Below are positions 25,326-35,021 of a stretch of 64,000 nt of DNA, one piece after another. Location of the stretch: NCBI GenBank assembly GCA_050330195.1, contig JBHJOB010000025.1:649-64648 (forward strand), read 5' to 3'. This DNA is from Rhodomicrobiaceae bacterium. GTDB lineage: Bacteria > Pseudomonadota > Alphaproteobacteria > Rhizobiales > Rhodomicrobiaceae. The notes beneath the pieces were generated by a model. That model was not told where the DNA came from, searched no databases, and saw only the letters and a list, made by a program, of their open reading frames with translations. Position 1 is the first letter of the stretch. Each line of letters opens with the position of its first letter. The translations under genes and the position numbers were made by a program.

Positions 25326-27248
25326 TTACGCCGTGCCCGCATTCTGCGTTCCCCCGCGCGCCTGTTCGTAGCGCTCGGACGCCTCCAGCCAAAGCATCTC
25401 CGCTTCCCCCAGATCCTTGGCGAGCGCTCCGCGCTCCTTCATGAGCTTCAAGGCGCGCTCGGGCTGCTGATCATAGAGCGCATGATCAGCCAACGCATCA
25501 TCCAGCTTAGCAAGCTTTCGCGTTATCGTCTCGATTTCCCGCTCATAGCTGTCGACACGCTTCTTCAGCGGGGCAAGCTCTGCCCGCGCATTGGCCGCCA
25601 GACGGCGCTCTTCCTGTTTCGTCAGGTTGCTTGCGGCGCGTTTCGCCGCCGCGCCATTGCCGCCGGTCTTGCGCGCTTCGCGGGCACGGGCGAGCAGATC
25701 GGCATTGTAGCTGTTCAGATCGCCCTCATAGGTCACGACCTTGCCGTCGCGGACGAGCCAGAGCCGGTCGGCGGTCGCCTCAATGAAATGGCGGTCATGG
25801 CTGATGATGACGACCGCGCCCTCATAGGCGTTCAGCCCGTGAATCAGGGCCTCGCGGCTGTCGACGTCGAGATGGTTCGTCGGCTCGTCGAGGATCAGCA
25901 GCGATGGTTTGTGAAAGGCGGCCAGCGTAAACAGCAGCCGGGCCTTTTCACCGCCGGAAAGCTTCGCCGCGGGCGTGTCGGCCTTGTCCGCGCCGAAGCC
26001 TGCCGCCGCCGTGCGCGAGCGTTTCTGCGCCTCGGTTGCGTCCGGCATCAGCTCGGCAATGTGGTCATAGGCGGACTGTTGCGGCTTCAGTTCGTCGAGC
26101 TGGTGCTGGGCGAAATAGCCGAAGGTGAGCTTCTTCGACGCGCGCCGGTGGCCTGAACTCGGCTCCAGCCGCCCACACAGCAGCTTGGCGAGCGTCGATT
26201 TGCCGTTGCCGTTCGCGCCGAGCAGCGCAATCCGGTCGTCGCTGTCAAGCCGCAGATTGAGGCCGCTCAGGATTGGCCGTTCCGCCTCATAGCCGACGCT
26301 GACCTCCTCCAGCTTGATGAGCGGATTGCCGAGCTTTCCTTCGGGGCTGGGAAAATTCAGCGGCATCACGTCATTTTCGATCTCGGCTGCAATCGGCTTC
26401 ATCTTCGCCAGCGCTTTCAGGCGGCTTTGCGCCTGCGTCGCCTTCGAGGCCTTGGCGCGGAAACGCTCGACGAAAGCCTCCATGTGGCGGCGCGCATCGT
26501 CCTGCTTCTTCTTCAATTTCAGCTCAAGCCGCTGGCGCTCGCGCAGTGTCTCCTCGAAATCATCGTAGCCGCCCGCATAGAGCGTCAGCTTGCCGCCCGT
26601 GAGATGCAGGATCGCGCCGACGCAGGTGTTCAGCAGGTCGCGGTCATGGCTGACGATCAGCACGGTATAGGGATAGGTCGCGAGGAAGTTCTGGAGCCAG
26701 AGCGTGCCTTCAAGGTCGAGATAGTTGGTCGGCTCGTCGAGCAGGAGGATGTCGGGCGCGGTGAACAGCACGGCCGCCAGCGCCACGCGCATCCGCCAGC
26801 CGCCGGAGAATTCGCTGCACGGCCGCTGCTGCGTTTCTTCGTCGAAACCGAGGCCGGCAAGGATCTGCGCCGCCCGCGCTGGAGCGGCATGGGCGCCGAT
26901 ATCGCCGAGCCGGAGCTGGATCTCGGCAATCCGTTCGGGGTCTTTGGCAGTTTCGGCCTCCGCCAGCAACGAGGCCCGCTCCTTGTCCGCCGCCAGAACC
27001 GTGTCGATCAGGCTGTCCTCGCTGCTGGGCGCTTCCTGCGCGACCCCGCCGACTTTCGCGGTCCTCGGCCAGCCGATCGTGCCGTCATCCGGGGCCAGAT
27101 CCCCCGAAATGAGCCGCAAGAGCGTCGTCTTGCCGGTGCCGTTGCGCCCGACAAGGCCAACCTTGTGCCCGGCCGGGATCGCTGTCGTCGCCTTGTCGAA
27201 CAGCAGGCGGCCTTCAATACGGTGCGTGAGATCGTTGATATGCAGCAT
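25326..27248 (-). CDS. ABC-F family ATPase (two ABC domains, no TM; Uup/YheS-like)
   Basis: Track ORF 25326..27296. Start at MLHINDLTHRIEGRLLF. Walker A twice (GRNGTGKTT, GANGNGKST), signatures LSGGWRMR and LSGGEKAR, and a C-terminal coiled-coil tail. Confidence 0.9.
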   Translation of the reverse strand: MLHINDLTHRIEGRLLFDKATTAIPAGHKVGLVGRNGTGKTTLLRLISGDLAPDDGTIGWPRTAKVGGVAQEAPSSEDSLIDTVLAADKERASLLAEAETAKDPERIAEIQLRLGDIGAHAAPARAAQILAGLGFDEETQQRPCSEFSGGWRMRVALAAVLFTAPDILLLDEPTNYLDLEGTLWLQNFLATYPYTVLIVSHDRDLLNTCVGAILHLTGGKLTLYAGGYDDFEETLRERQRLELKLKKKQDDARRHMEAFVERFRAKASKATQAQSRLKALAKMKPIAAEIENDVMPLNFPSPEGKLGNPLIKLEEVSVGYEAERPILSGLNLRLDSDDRIALLGANGNGKSTLAKLLCGRLEPSSGHRRASKKLTFGYFAQHQLDELKPQQSAYDHIAELMPDATEAQKRSRTAAAGFGADKADTPAAKLSGGEKARLLFTLAAFHKPSLLILDEPTNHLDVDSREALIHGLNAYEGAVVIISHDRHFIEATADRLWLVRDGKVVTYEGDLNSYNADLLARAREARKTGGNGAAAKRAASNLTKQEERRLAANARAELAPLKKRVDSYEREIETITRKLAKLDDALADHALYDQQPERALKLMKERGALAKDLGEAEMLWLEASERYEQARGGTQNAGTA

Positions 27249-27413
27249 GGGCGGAATTTGGACGAAATGCCGCAAAATGCAAGCCGTGTAAGCCACACGA
27301 CGCGCAAATCTTGCAGCCAGGTTATGCCCGCGCTATGGCTCTCATCTTGCAGCGCCCCTGCGCGAAGGCTATAAGCGCGCCGAAGGGCTCAATTTCTCAA
27401 CCAAGGAACTCCG

Positions 27414-27836
27414 ATGGCAGTCGAACGCACATTATCAATCATCAAGCCGGATGCGACCGAGCGAAACCTGACGGGCAAGATCATCGCCATGTTCGAGGAT
27501 GCCGGTCTCCGCGTCGTCGCGCAGAAACGCGCGCGCTGGAGCGAGGATGAGGCGAAGAAGTTCTATGCCGTCCACGCGGAGCGCCCGTTTTACGGCGAAC
27601 TTGTCTCCTTCATGACCTCCGGCCCGATTGTCATTCAAGTTCTCGAAGGCGAAAACGCTGTGGCGAGGAACCGTGAAATCATGGGCGCAACCAATCCGGC
27701 CGAAGCCGCGCCCGGCACGATCCGCAAGGAATTCGCCGAAAATATCGAGCGCAATTCCGTTCATGGCTCCGATAGCGCGGAAAACGCCGCAAACGAGATC
27801 GCCATGTGCTTTTCCGACGCAGAGATCGTCGGCTGA
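27414..27836 (+). CDS. ndk: Nucleoside-diphosphate kinase
   Basis: [23 protein letters not shown]...NSVHGSDS (active-site His), 140 aa. Confidence 0.95.
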   Translation: MAVERTLSIIKPDATERNLTGKIIAMFEDAGLRVVAQKRARWSEDEAKKFYAVHAERPFYGELVSFMTSGPIVIQVLEGENAVARNREIMGATNPAEAAPGTIRKEFAENIERNSVHGSDSAENAANEIAMCFSDAEIVG

Positions 27837-28300
27837 GTCTTTCCGCATGTCCGAGCGCGCCGGAAAGCCTCACGGGGCAATTCCGGTGCGCAAACGCCTC
27901 GCGCCTCTCATCGCTCGCCACGCTCCGATATCCGGAAATGCCGCGCTCCCATCTGGCGCCGTATCCCCCCGTGCAGCGTCGGCAACCGCGAAATTCGCCT
28001 ATACTGCAGGTCGGCGTTGCGCTGTTCACGCTCGCGGGCGCACTGCATTTTCCATAATCCATCCAGCTCACATGACGAGCGCCTGCACGTTATTGCAAAT
28101 TATTGTTGTTTTTCAATGAACTAACCTGCCGCCCTCAATCCGTCGGGCAGATCTTGCACACGGATTTTCACGAAAGATCATCCCTCGATCACGGTTTCCT
28201 GAGGCCTCTTTATTCCTGGTTCGCGCATCCCTAATTCCCATTCACCGGCACGCAAAAAGCGGCCGAACCGACAAAGACAATCGAGAATCAGGAGATGATC

Positions 28301-28462
28301 ATGAGCACATTTATCCGTTCCGCAGTTGTTGCATTGGCAATGGTTGCCGGCGCTTCCTCCGCAATGGCTTACAGTGGCGACCGCTACGACTTCACGGTCG
28401 GCGTGGACGTCTCCGCCAATGCCAAGACGTTCTTCGAGCAGCTGGACCGCAACGGCAGCTAA
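28301..28462 (+). CDS. Small secreted hypothetical protein (53 aa)
   Basis: Below the track cut-off. AGGAGATGATC precedes the ATG. Translation is MSTFIRSAVVALAMVAGASSAMA|YSGDRYDFTVGVDVSANAKTFFEQLDRNGS, with a clear signal peptide. Confidence 0.5.
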   Translation: MSTFIRSAVVALAMVAGASSAMAYSGDRYDFTVGVDVSANAKTFFEQLDRNGS

Positions 28463-28680
28463 TCCGCGTTCCGGCCTGAACGAGCCTACACACGATACTC
28501 TCCTCCCAAGTCCTGCCGCTGAAGCTTCGCGCTTCGGCGGCGGGATTTTTTGCGCTTCGAGTTGCTCCACGAAACAGTTTTTCGACCTGAGCTTGGCATG
28601 CCCCGGCAAATCGGCGAGGAATGAGAGAGGGCCGCGCCGAAGCGCCCGCCAGCGAGACGAATGACAAGGAGAGCGCCCGA

Positions 28681-29286
28681 ATGAGCAAAGCCGTGATCTT
28701 CGATATTGGAGCCGTGCTGATCGACTGGAACCCGCGCTATCTTTATGCCAAGCTGTTGCCGGACAATGCCGCAATCGAAGCATTTCTCCATGAAGTCGGC
28801 TTCGATGCATGGAACCGGGCGCTCGACGGAGGGGGACGCTGGGGACCGGCGGTCATGGAGCTGTCCGAGCGCTTTCCGCATCGGCGGGAACTGATTGAAG
28901 CCTCGCATTCGCGATGGCATGAGATGCTGCCCGGCGCGATCGACGGCACCGTCACAATTCTGGAGCAGCTTGCGGCGAACAAGACCCCGCTCTATGCGAT
29001 CACGAACTATTCCTCGGAAAAATGGGCGGAAACGTTTCAGCGTTTCCCGTTCTTCCGCCATTTCCGCGACATCGTCGTCTCCGGCGATGAAGGCTTGCTG
29101 AAACCGGAGCCGGAAATTTTTCAACTCTGCCTCGAACGCAACGGACTGAGCGCCGAACGCTGCGTGTTCATCGACGACTCCGCAAAAAACGTCGCTGGCG
29201 CGGCTGCACTCGGCATTGACGCCATCCTTTTTCAGTCTTCGGAGCAATTGGAGAGCGATCTCGCTTCGCGAGGAATCCTGCCATGA
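28681..29286 (+). CDS. HAD-superfamily hydrolase (subfamily IA)
   Basis: Track ORF 28621..29286. Start at MSKAVIFDIGAVLIDW (AAGGAGAGCGCCCGA upstream). Motifs FDIGAVL, ITNYS, and SGDEGLLKPEPEIF...FIDDSAKN. Confidence 0.85.
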   Translation: MSKAVIFDIGAVLIDWNPRYLYAKLLPDNAAIEAFLHEVGFDAWNRALDGGGRWGPAVMELSERFPHRRELIEASHSRWHEMLPGAIDGTVTILEQLAANKTPLYAITNYSSEKWAETFQRFPFFRHFRDIVVSGDEGLLKPEPEIFQLCLERNGLSAERCVFIDDSAKNVAGAAALGIDAILFQSSEQLESDLASRGILP

Positions 29287-29783
29287 CGGCGAAAGCGCCT
29301 TCAGGATATGTGATCCGGAAACCGGGACCGGAGCAGGCCGACGACGCCGTGCGCCTGCTCGACGCGCTGCTGCCGGACGACTGGCGCGAAGGCCCCATGC
29401 GCGATGCCGCGTCAATGGCCGAAACGTTACGTTTTCCCGGAACGATCCTGATCGGTGCATGGGATGTTGACCAAAGGCCCGCAGGCTACGTTTCGGGCCT
29501 GGTCATGCCGGCGCTGACGCAAATCGGCGAAACGGCTATGCTTGACGATCTCTTCGTCGCCGCGCCTGCTCGCGGCAAGGGACTTGGTTCCGCGCTTGTC
29601 CGCGCTTTCCGCAAGGCGGCGCTTGCCAGGCGCAACGGTCCTCTCGTCATGTGGGGCGCGACAGCCACGGACAACGCAGCCTGCGATCGCGCGTTCCGCG
29701 CGGCAGGCGGTTCACCGGACGATGGCGAGATCTTCAGGGAATATCGCTGGCCGGCCGAGCCGGACGAAGGAACAGGCGGATGA
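29283..29783 (+). CDS. GNAT-family N-acetyltransferase
   Basis: 4-nt ATGA overlap with the HAD gene. Acetyl-CoA motif A-like LFVAAPARGKGLGSALVRAF. Confidence 0.8.
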   Translation: MTAKAPSGYVIRKPGPEQADDAVRLLDALLPDDWREGPMRDAASMAETLRFPGTILIGAWDVDQRPAGYVSGLVMPALTQIGETAMLDDLFVAAPARGKGLGSALVRAFRKAALARRNGPLVMWGATATDNAACDRAFRAAGGSPDDGEIFREYRWPAEPDEGTGG

Positions 29784-30012
29784 CCGCGCGCCCGGCACCC
29801 ACGATGCGGCGGTCCGGGCAGGACATCACCCACCGCTTGGTAATTCTCCTTATGCTCGCGCAGACAGTTATGACAAGATTTGTGATAGGCTGACAAAGGG
29901 TACTGTCAACACCGCCACGGTTTCGTCAACTTGTCAGGAACGAAGCGTAAATTGGCACGTTACCTGCTCAACGGAGCGTTGGGGAAGCCGTCGAGGAGTG
30001 AAGCGCGTGCGA

Positions 30013-32115
30013 ATGACATTCAAACCGATGAAACTGCCGCCGCTATCGCGCGCCACCTATTACTGGGTTGCCTTCAGAGAATACGCCGAACGCCTCCGCC
30101 ATTACGGTTTCCTTTCCGCCAGCGTCAACGCCCTGATCATCTTCAGCCTCGGCACTCTGGCCATGCTGACCTCGCTGGGCGCGCCCGTCAGCGAACTTTA
30201 CCCGCTGGAGAAAACGCTGAGGCCCGCTGAAAACCGTCCGCTCGTCATGCTCGCCGCCAACGGCCAGCCATTCGCGAAGCGCGGTGACTGCGTGGCCGAT
30301 GCCGTCACGCTCAAGGAATTGCCGCCTCACCTCATCGACGCCGTTCTCGCTATGGAAGACCGCCGGTTCTACAGCCATTGGGGCGTCGATCCGATCGGCA
30401 TCACGCGGGCAGCATTGCGCAATTACGAGGCCGGAACCATACGGCAGGGCGGCAGCACGATCACGCAGCAACTCGTGAAGATGTCCTATCTCTCCGGCGT
30501 GAAAAGCTTCGACCGCAAGGCGCAGGAAGCCCTCCTGTCGCTCTGGCTCGAAATCCGGCTCGGCAAGAACGAGATCCTTGAGCGCTATCTGAGCAGCGCC
30601 TATTTCGGCGAAGGCTGTTACGGCGTTCGCGCGGCGGCTGCGCACTTTTTCGGCAAGCCCGTCGGTGAACTGAGCATTCCGGACTCCGCATTCCTTGTCG
30701 CCCTTCTGAGTTCCCCGACCCAACTGGCAAACAATTTCGACGACGCCCGCTCGCGCGCGAAGCTGGTGCTTCAGGCGATGGTTGACGACGGCCGGCTGGA
30801 ACGGCAACGGCTTGCAACGATTGCGCCAATCACATTGAGCAGGGATACCAGCAAGGAGCACGGCGGCTATTATGCGGACTGGCTGGCAGGCGAGGTGCGG
30901 AAAGACCTCGCCGAACCCCGATCCCGTCAGCCGGTGCCGATCTACACGACCTTCGAGCCGGGGCTCCAGCAGATGGCCGAGGACGCCGTTCGCGATATTC
31001 TCGTCAAGCGCGGCAAGCGCGCGCACGCCAGCCAGGCGGCGCTCGTCGCCATGCGGACCGATGGGCGCGTCCTCGCAATGGTCGGCGGCATGGACCATTC
31101 GCTGAGCCAGTTCAACCGTGCCGTCCAGGCTAAGCGGCAGCCCGGCTCGGCTTTCAAGACATTCGTCTATCTCGCGCTCCTGCGCGCCGGCGGCGACAGC
31201 GACATGCTGATTTCGGACCAACAGGTCTCGATTGACGGGTGGGAACCTGCAAACTACAGGAGCGAGTTTCGCGGCACGCTGTCACTGACGCAGGCATTTG
31301 CTTCATCCATCAACACAATCGCCGCAAAAATCGGAGACGCAATCGGCCCGGACGCTGTTGTCAGGGCGGCGCGGGATCTCGGCATTGCCTCGCCGCTGAC
31401 GGCGACACCGAGCATCGCGCTGGGTTCGTATGAAGTGAACCTGCTTGAGATCACATCCGCCTATGCCTCCATTGCCGCGGGCGTCTACCCCGTAAAACCG
31501 TGGGGCGTAAAGGGTCTTGGCGCACAGCAGGTGAATGACGGGGAGCCGCCGCGCGACGCCGGCATCTGGAAACTGCGCCATACCGAGGAAATGCGTGACC
31601 TGCTGAGGGCCGTGGTCCGGCGCGGTACCGGCAAAGCCGCCCGGCTGCGTGTCACAAGCTACGGCAAGACAGGTACGAGCCAGGACTATCGGGACGCGTG
31701 GTTCATCGGCTTCTCGGGTAATCTGGTGGTCGGCGTATGGGTCGGCAATGACGACGATTCACCGATGCGGCGCGTCACGGGCGGCGATCTCCCGGCGCAG
31801 ATCTGGGCGAAGTTCATGCGGTCGGCGATCAAGGAAGATCCCGGCTTCGAGCGTAAATTGCCCGAAATACCGGTTTTTGCAGCGCGTAGCCAGGAGCCCG
31901 CTGAAGACTTCGAGAATTACGCGGCGATCGACAGTCTGGAAGCGCCGGCGGTCTTTATCCCGCGGGAAGCCACCAATTACGAGCACCGGACGACGCGCGG
32001 CGCGTATGAATATGACGACCGCCCTACAGTAAGGCGCGCTCCCAACAGGCGGTCAACCGTCAGCCGGAATTTTCAGGAAAGGCTGAACGACATGGGATGG
32101 CCCGGAGGGCGGTAA
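30013..32115 (+). CDS. Class A penicillin-binding protein (glycosyltransferase GT51 + transpeptidase)
   Basis: In frame with track ORF 29542..32115, whose 5' part overlaps the GNAT gene. TM anchor; GT51 motifs EDRRFYSHWGVDP and RQGGSTITQQLVK; transpeptidase motifs SAFKTF (SxxK), SIN (SxN) and KTGTS. The start may be 30013 or 30028. Confidence 0.88.
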   Translation: MTFKPMKLPPLSRATYYWVAFREYAERLRHYGFLSASVNALIIFSLGTLAMLTSLGAPVSELYPLEKTLRPAENRPLVMLAANGQPFAKRGDCVADAVTLKELPPHLIDAVLAMEDRRFYSHWGVDPIGITRAALRNYEAGTIRQGGSTITQQLVKMSYLSGVKSFDRKAQEALLSLWLEIRLGKNEILERYLSSAYFGEGCYGVRAAAAHFFGKPVGELSIPDSAFLVALLSSPTQLANNFDDARSRAKLVLQAMVDDGRLERQRLATIAPITLSRDTSKEHGGYYADWLAGEVRKDLAEPRSRQPVPIYTTFEPGLQQMAEDAVRDILVKRGKRAHASQAALVAMRTDGRVLAMVGGMDHSLSQFNRAVQAKRQPGSAFKTFVYLALLRAGGDSDMLISDQQVSIDGWEPANYRSEFRGTLSLTQAFASSINTIAAKIGDAIGPDAVVRAARDLGIASPLTATPSIALGSYEVNLLEITSAYASIAAGVYPVKPWGVKGLGAQQVNDGEPPRDAGIWKLRHTEEMRDLLRAVVRRGTGKAARLRVTSYGKTGTSQDYRDAWFIGFSGNLVVGVWVGNDDDSPMRRVTGGDLPAQIWAKFMRSAIKEDPGFERKLPEIPVFAARSQEPAEDFENYAAIDSLEAPAVFIPREATNYEHRTTRGAYEYDDRPTVRRAPNRRSTVSRNFQERLNDMGWPGGR

Positions 32116-32149
32116 ACGACCCTGTTGCGCCGGCTCTGGTGAAACGCTT

Positions 32150-32761
32150 CTACCACAGCGTTGCCTTCGCGCGCTCCGACCATTCCCTGTCATATGACTC
32201 GCCGCCAACTTCGTTTCCGCTCAGTTCGGCCAGAATCTGTCCGACCGATGGCAGGCTTGCAGGATCGGCGTGACGTTCCGGGTTCCATAGTTCCGAACGG
32301 ACAATAGCGCGGGAGCACTGGAAGTAGACCCGCTCGACCTCGATCACCATGACCGAGCGCGGCGGCTTGCCCTCGACGGCGAAGGATTCCAGCAGTCCGG
32401 GATCGACGGAAAGCTTCGCCCGTCCATTCACGCGCAGGGTCGTGCCGGAGCCGGGGATCAGAAACAGCAGCGCCATCCGCGGATCGGTGATCAGATTACG
32501 CAGCGAATCCACGCGGTTGTTGCCGCGCCGGTCGGGCATCATCAGCGTTGTCTCGTCATGAATGCGCACGAAACCGGCCTTGTCGCCGCGCGGCGTGCAG
32601 TCCAGCCCGTCCGGCCCGGAGGTGGCCAGCGCGACGAAGGGCGAAGCCTCGATGAAGGCTGCGTAGTGCGGCGTGATCCGCGCCACTTCCTTGACCAGGG
32701 AGGTCTTGCCCGGCTGGCCGTAAAGGGCTTCGAGCTGCTCGATGGTGTCGATTGTCGTCAT
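32150..32761 (-). CDS. Pyridoxamine 5'-phosphate oxidase-family (PPOX-class FMN-binding) protein
   Basis: Track ORF 32150..32803. Start at MTTIDTIEQLEALYG. Core FVALATSGPDGLDCTPRGD...MPDRRGNNRVDSLRNL...ALLFLIPGSGTTLRVNGRA. Confidence 0.75.
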   Translation of the reverse strand: MTTIDTIEQLEALYGQPGKTSLVKEVARITPHYAAFIEASPFVALATSGPDGLDCTPRGDKAGFVRIHDETTLMMPDRRGNNRVDSLRNLITDPRMALLFLIPGSGTTLRVNGRAKLSVDPGLLESFAVEGKPPRSVMVIEVERVYFQCSRAIVRSELWNPERHADPASLPSVGQILAELSGNEVGGESYDREWSERAKATLW

Positions 32762-32875
32762 CTGTCCGTCCGTTCTGTCATCTCGGTCCAGACACTTTCT
32801 CACGGCAACGGCCCGGAATCCACATTCAGGAATGAGCGAGATCGATGCTCCGCAAATTGGTAGCGGCGACGGGGT

Positions 32876-33157
32876 TTAGACCCAGCGGAAAACGGCGAAT
32901 GCGAATATCAGCGAAACTGCAAACGCGCCCCAGAGTGGCTGCCCCAGCGTCGCCAGCCATCCAAGATGAATGAAGGCGCTGCCGAGCAGGGAAATGAACA
33001 GCCGGTCGCCGCGCGTCGTCTCTATGCCGAGCACGCCATTGCGCGGCGCGCCGCCGGGCACGCGCAACTCCCAGATGGTCATCGCGATGAGGAGTACGGC
33101 GATGACGGCGAAGAACAGCCCCGTCTGCCAGGTCCATGCCATCCAGCTCAAGCCCAT
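32876..33157 (-). CDS. Small integral membrane protein (DUF2160-like), last gene of the glycerol-type ABC operon
   Basis: 93 aa with 3 TM-like segments and GGAGGCACCG upstream. Proteins of this type accompany this transporter class in rhizobia. Confidence 0.7.
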   Translation of the reverse strand: MGLSWMAWTWQTGLFFAVIAVLLIAMTIWELRVPGGAPRNGVLGIETTRGDRLFISLLGSAFIHLGWLATLGQPLWGAFAVSLIFAFAVFRWV

Positions 33158-33287
33158 CGGTGCCTCCGTTTCCGTCTTGCAGATTTGCCGAAACTCCCGT
33201 GCAGGCAGGAGCCTCCTGATGCATTTATTCCGGACCGCTGGGAGATCCCCGCTTGCGCGGGGATTTCGATAAAGCGGCCATTAAGCA

Positions 33288-34088
33288 CTAAACACGACCC
33301 AGCGCGAAGCCCTTGGCGATGTAGTTGCGCACGAAATAGATCACGATCGCGCCGGGGATCAGCGTCAGCGTCCCAGCCGCCGCGAGGAGGCCCAGCTCAT
33401 AGCCCGACGTGCTCGCCGTTCGCGTCATCGTCGCCGCAATCGGCTTGGCATAGACCGAGGTCAGCGTCTTGGCCAGCAGCAACTCGACCCACGAGAACAT
33501 GAAGCAGAAGAAGGCGGCGACGCCTATCCCTGCGGCAATCGTCGGGATGAAGATCTTGATGAAGAAGCGCCAGAAGCCATACCCATCCACATAGGCCGTC
33601 TCGTCCAGCTCCTTGGGAACGCCCGACATGAAGCCTTCCAGAATCCACACAGCCAGCGGCACGTTGAACAGGCAATGCGCCAGCGCGACGGCGATATGCA
33701 TGTCGAACAGCCCGATGGCTGAGTAAAGCTGGAAGAACGGCAGCGCGAACACGGCGGCCGGCGCCATGCGGTTCGTCAGGAGCCAGAAGAACAGATGCTT
33801 GTCGCCGATGAAGCGGTATCGCGAGAAGGCGTAAGCCGCGGGCAGCGCCACGGCCACCGCCATCACCGTGTTGATCGACACGTAGATCAGCGAATTAAAA
33901 TAGCCATTGTACCAGGTCGGATCGGTGAAAATCGTCCGGTAATTGTCCAGCGTGAAGTTCTGTGGCCAGAGCGTCAGACCGCCCAGGATTTCGTTGGTGG
34001 GCTTGAATGACATGCTGATCAGCCAGTAGATCGGCAACAGCAGGAACACGATGTAAAGCGTTGGAACCAGCCAGGTGAAACGTCTCAT
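33288..34088 (-). CDS. Carbohydrate ABC transporter permease (MalG/UgpE-like)
   Basis: In frame with track ORF 33288..34373. Start at MRRFTWLVPTLYIVFLLLPIYWL, with an ATGA overlap with the upstream permease. EAA-loop region VPKELDETAYVDGYGFWRFF. Confidence 0.88.
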   Translation of the reverse strand: MRRFTWLVPTLYIVFLLLPIYWLISMSFKPTNEILGGLTLWPQNFTLDNYRTIFTDPTWYNGYFNSLIYVSINTVMAVAVALPAAYAFSRYRFIGDKHLFFWLLTNRMAPAAVFALPFFQLYSAIGLFDMHIAVALAHCLFNVPLAVWILEGFMSGVPKELDETAYVDGYGFWRFFIKIFIPTIAAGIGVAAFFCFMFSWVELLLAKTLTSVYAKPIAATMTRTASTSGYELGLLAAAGTLTLIPGAIVIYFVRNYIAKGFALGRV

Positions 34089-34954
34089 GGAATGCCCCTC
34101 CGGCCGGTCATGACGGTGTAGAAGATCCATGACATGGCGAGGATGATCAGGAAGTAGATGATCGACATGGCAGCCGCCGGACCGAGATCGAACTGGCCGA
34201 GCGCAACCTTGACGAGGTCGATGGAGAGCAGCGTGGTCGCGTTGCCGGGACCGCCGCCGGTGAGCACCGAAGGCTCGGTATAGATGTTGAAGCTGTCCAT
34301 GAAACGGAGCAGCACGGCGATGGTCAGCACATGGCGCATCTTGGGCAACTGGATATAGCGGAACACCGCCCATGAGGACGCGCCGTCGATCTTGGCCGCC
34401 TGATAATAGGCGTCGGGGATCGAGGACAGCCCCGCAAAGGCCAGCAGCACCACGAGCGAGGTCCAGTGCCAGACATCCATGGCGATCAGGGTGATCCAGG
34501 CGGAAACCGGCTGGCGCGTGTAATTGTAGTCGATCCCCATCGCGTTAATTGTCTTGCCGAGCAGCCCGATCTCCGGCAGCGCGAAGATGTTCCACATCGC
34601 GCCGACGACGTTCCACGGAATGAGCAGCGGCAGCGCCATCAGCACGAGACAGATCGAAAGCCAGACGCCCTTGCGCGGCATGGCGAGCGCGATGGCGACG
34701 CCGAGCGGGATCTCGATGGCGAGAATAGTGAAGGTGAAGAAAAGCTGCCGCCCCAGCGCGTCATGGAAGCGCGGCGAGCTCAGCACTTCCTCGAACCATT
34801 TCAACCCTTCGAAAAAGAACACATTGTTGCCGAATGTTTCCTGTACGGAGTAATTCACCACTGTCATCAGCGGGATGATGGCGTTGAAGGCGACGAGGAT
34901 CAGCACAGGAAGCACGAAGAGCCAGCCCTTTTGATTCTCGACTTTGGTCTGCAT
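34085..34954 (-). CDS. Carbohydrate ABC transporter permease (MalF/UgpA-like)
   Basis: Polytopic protein. EAA-loop SIPDAYYQAAKIDGASSWAVFRYIQLP. Confidence 0.88.
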   Translation of the reverse strand: MQTKVENQKGWLFVLPVLILVAFNAIIPLMTVVNYSVQETFGNNVFFFEGLKWFEEVLSSPRFHDALGRQLFFTFTILAIEIPLGVAIALAMPRKGVWLSICLVLMALPLLIPWNVVGAMWNIFALPEIGLLGKTINAMGIDYNYTRQPVSAWITLIAMDVWHWTSLVVLLAFAGLSSIPDAYYQAAKIDGASSWAVFRYIQLPKMRHVLTIAVLLRFMDSFNIYTEPSVLTGGGPGNATTLLSIDLVKVALGQFDLGPAAAMSIIYFLIILAMSWIFYTVMTGRRGIP

Positions 34955-35021
34955 GACGCTCTCCTAATTCAAGAAACTCATCGCCAGCGGCAAGAGCTGA
35001 GCCGGCATTTCCATTCGCGGC

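Noticed and set aside
29542-30012. The 5' extension of the PBP ORF, which overlaps the GNAT gene.
   Set aside because: It overlaps the GNAT coding frame and has implausible composition. The PBP cytoplasmic tail and TM anchor begin at about 30013.
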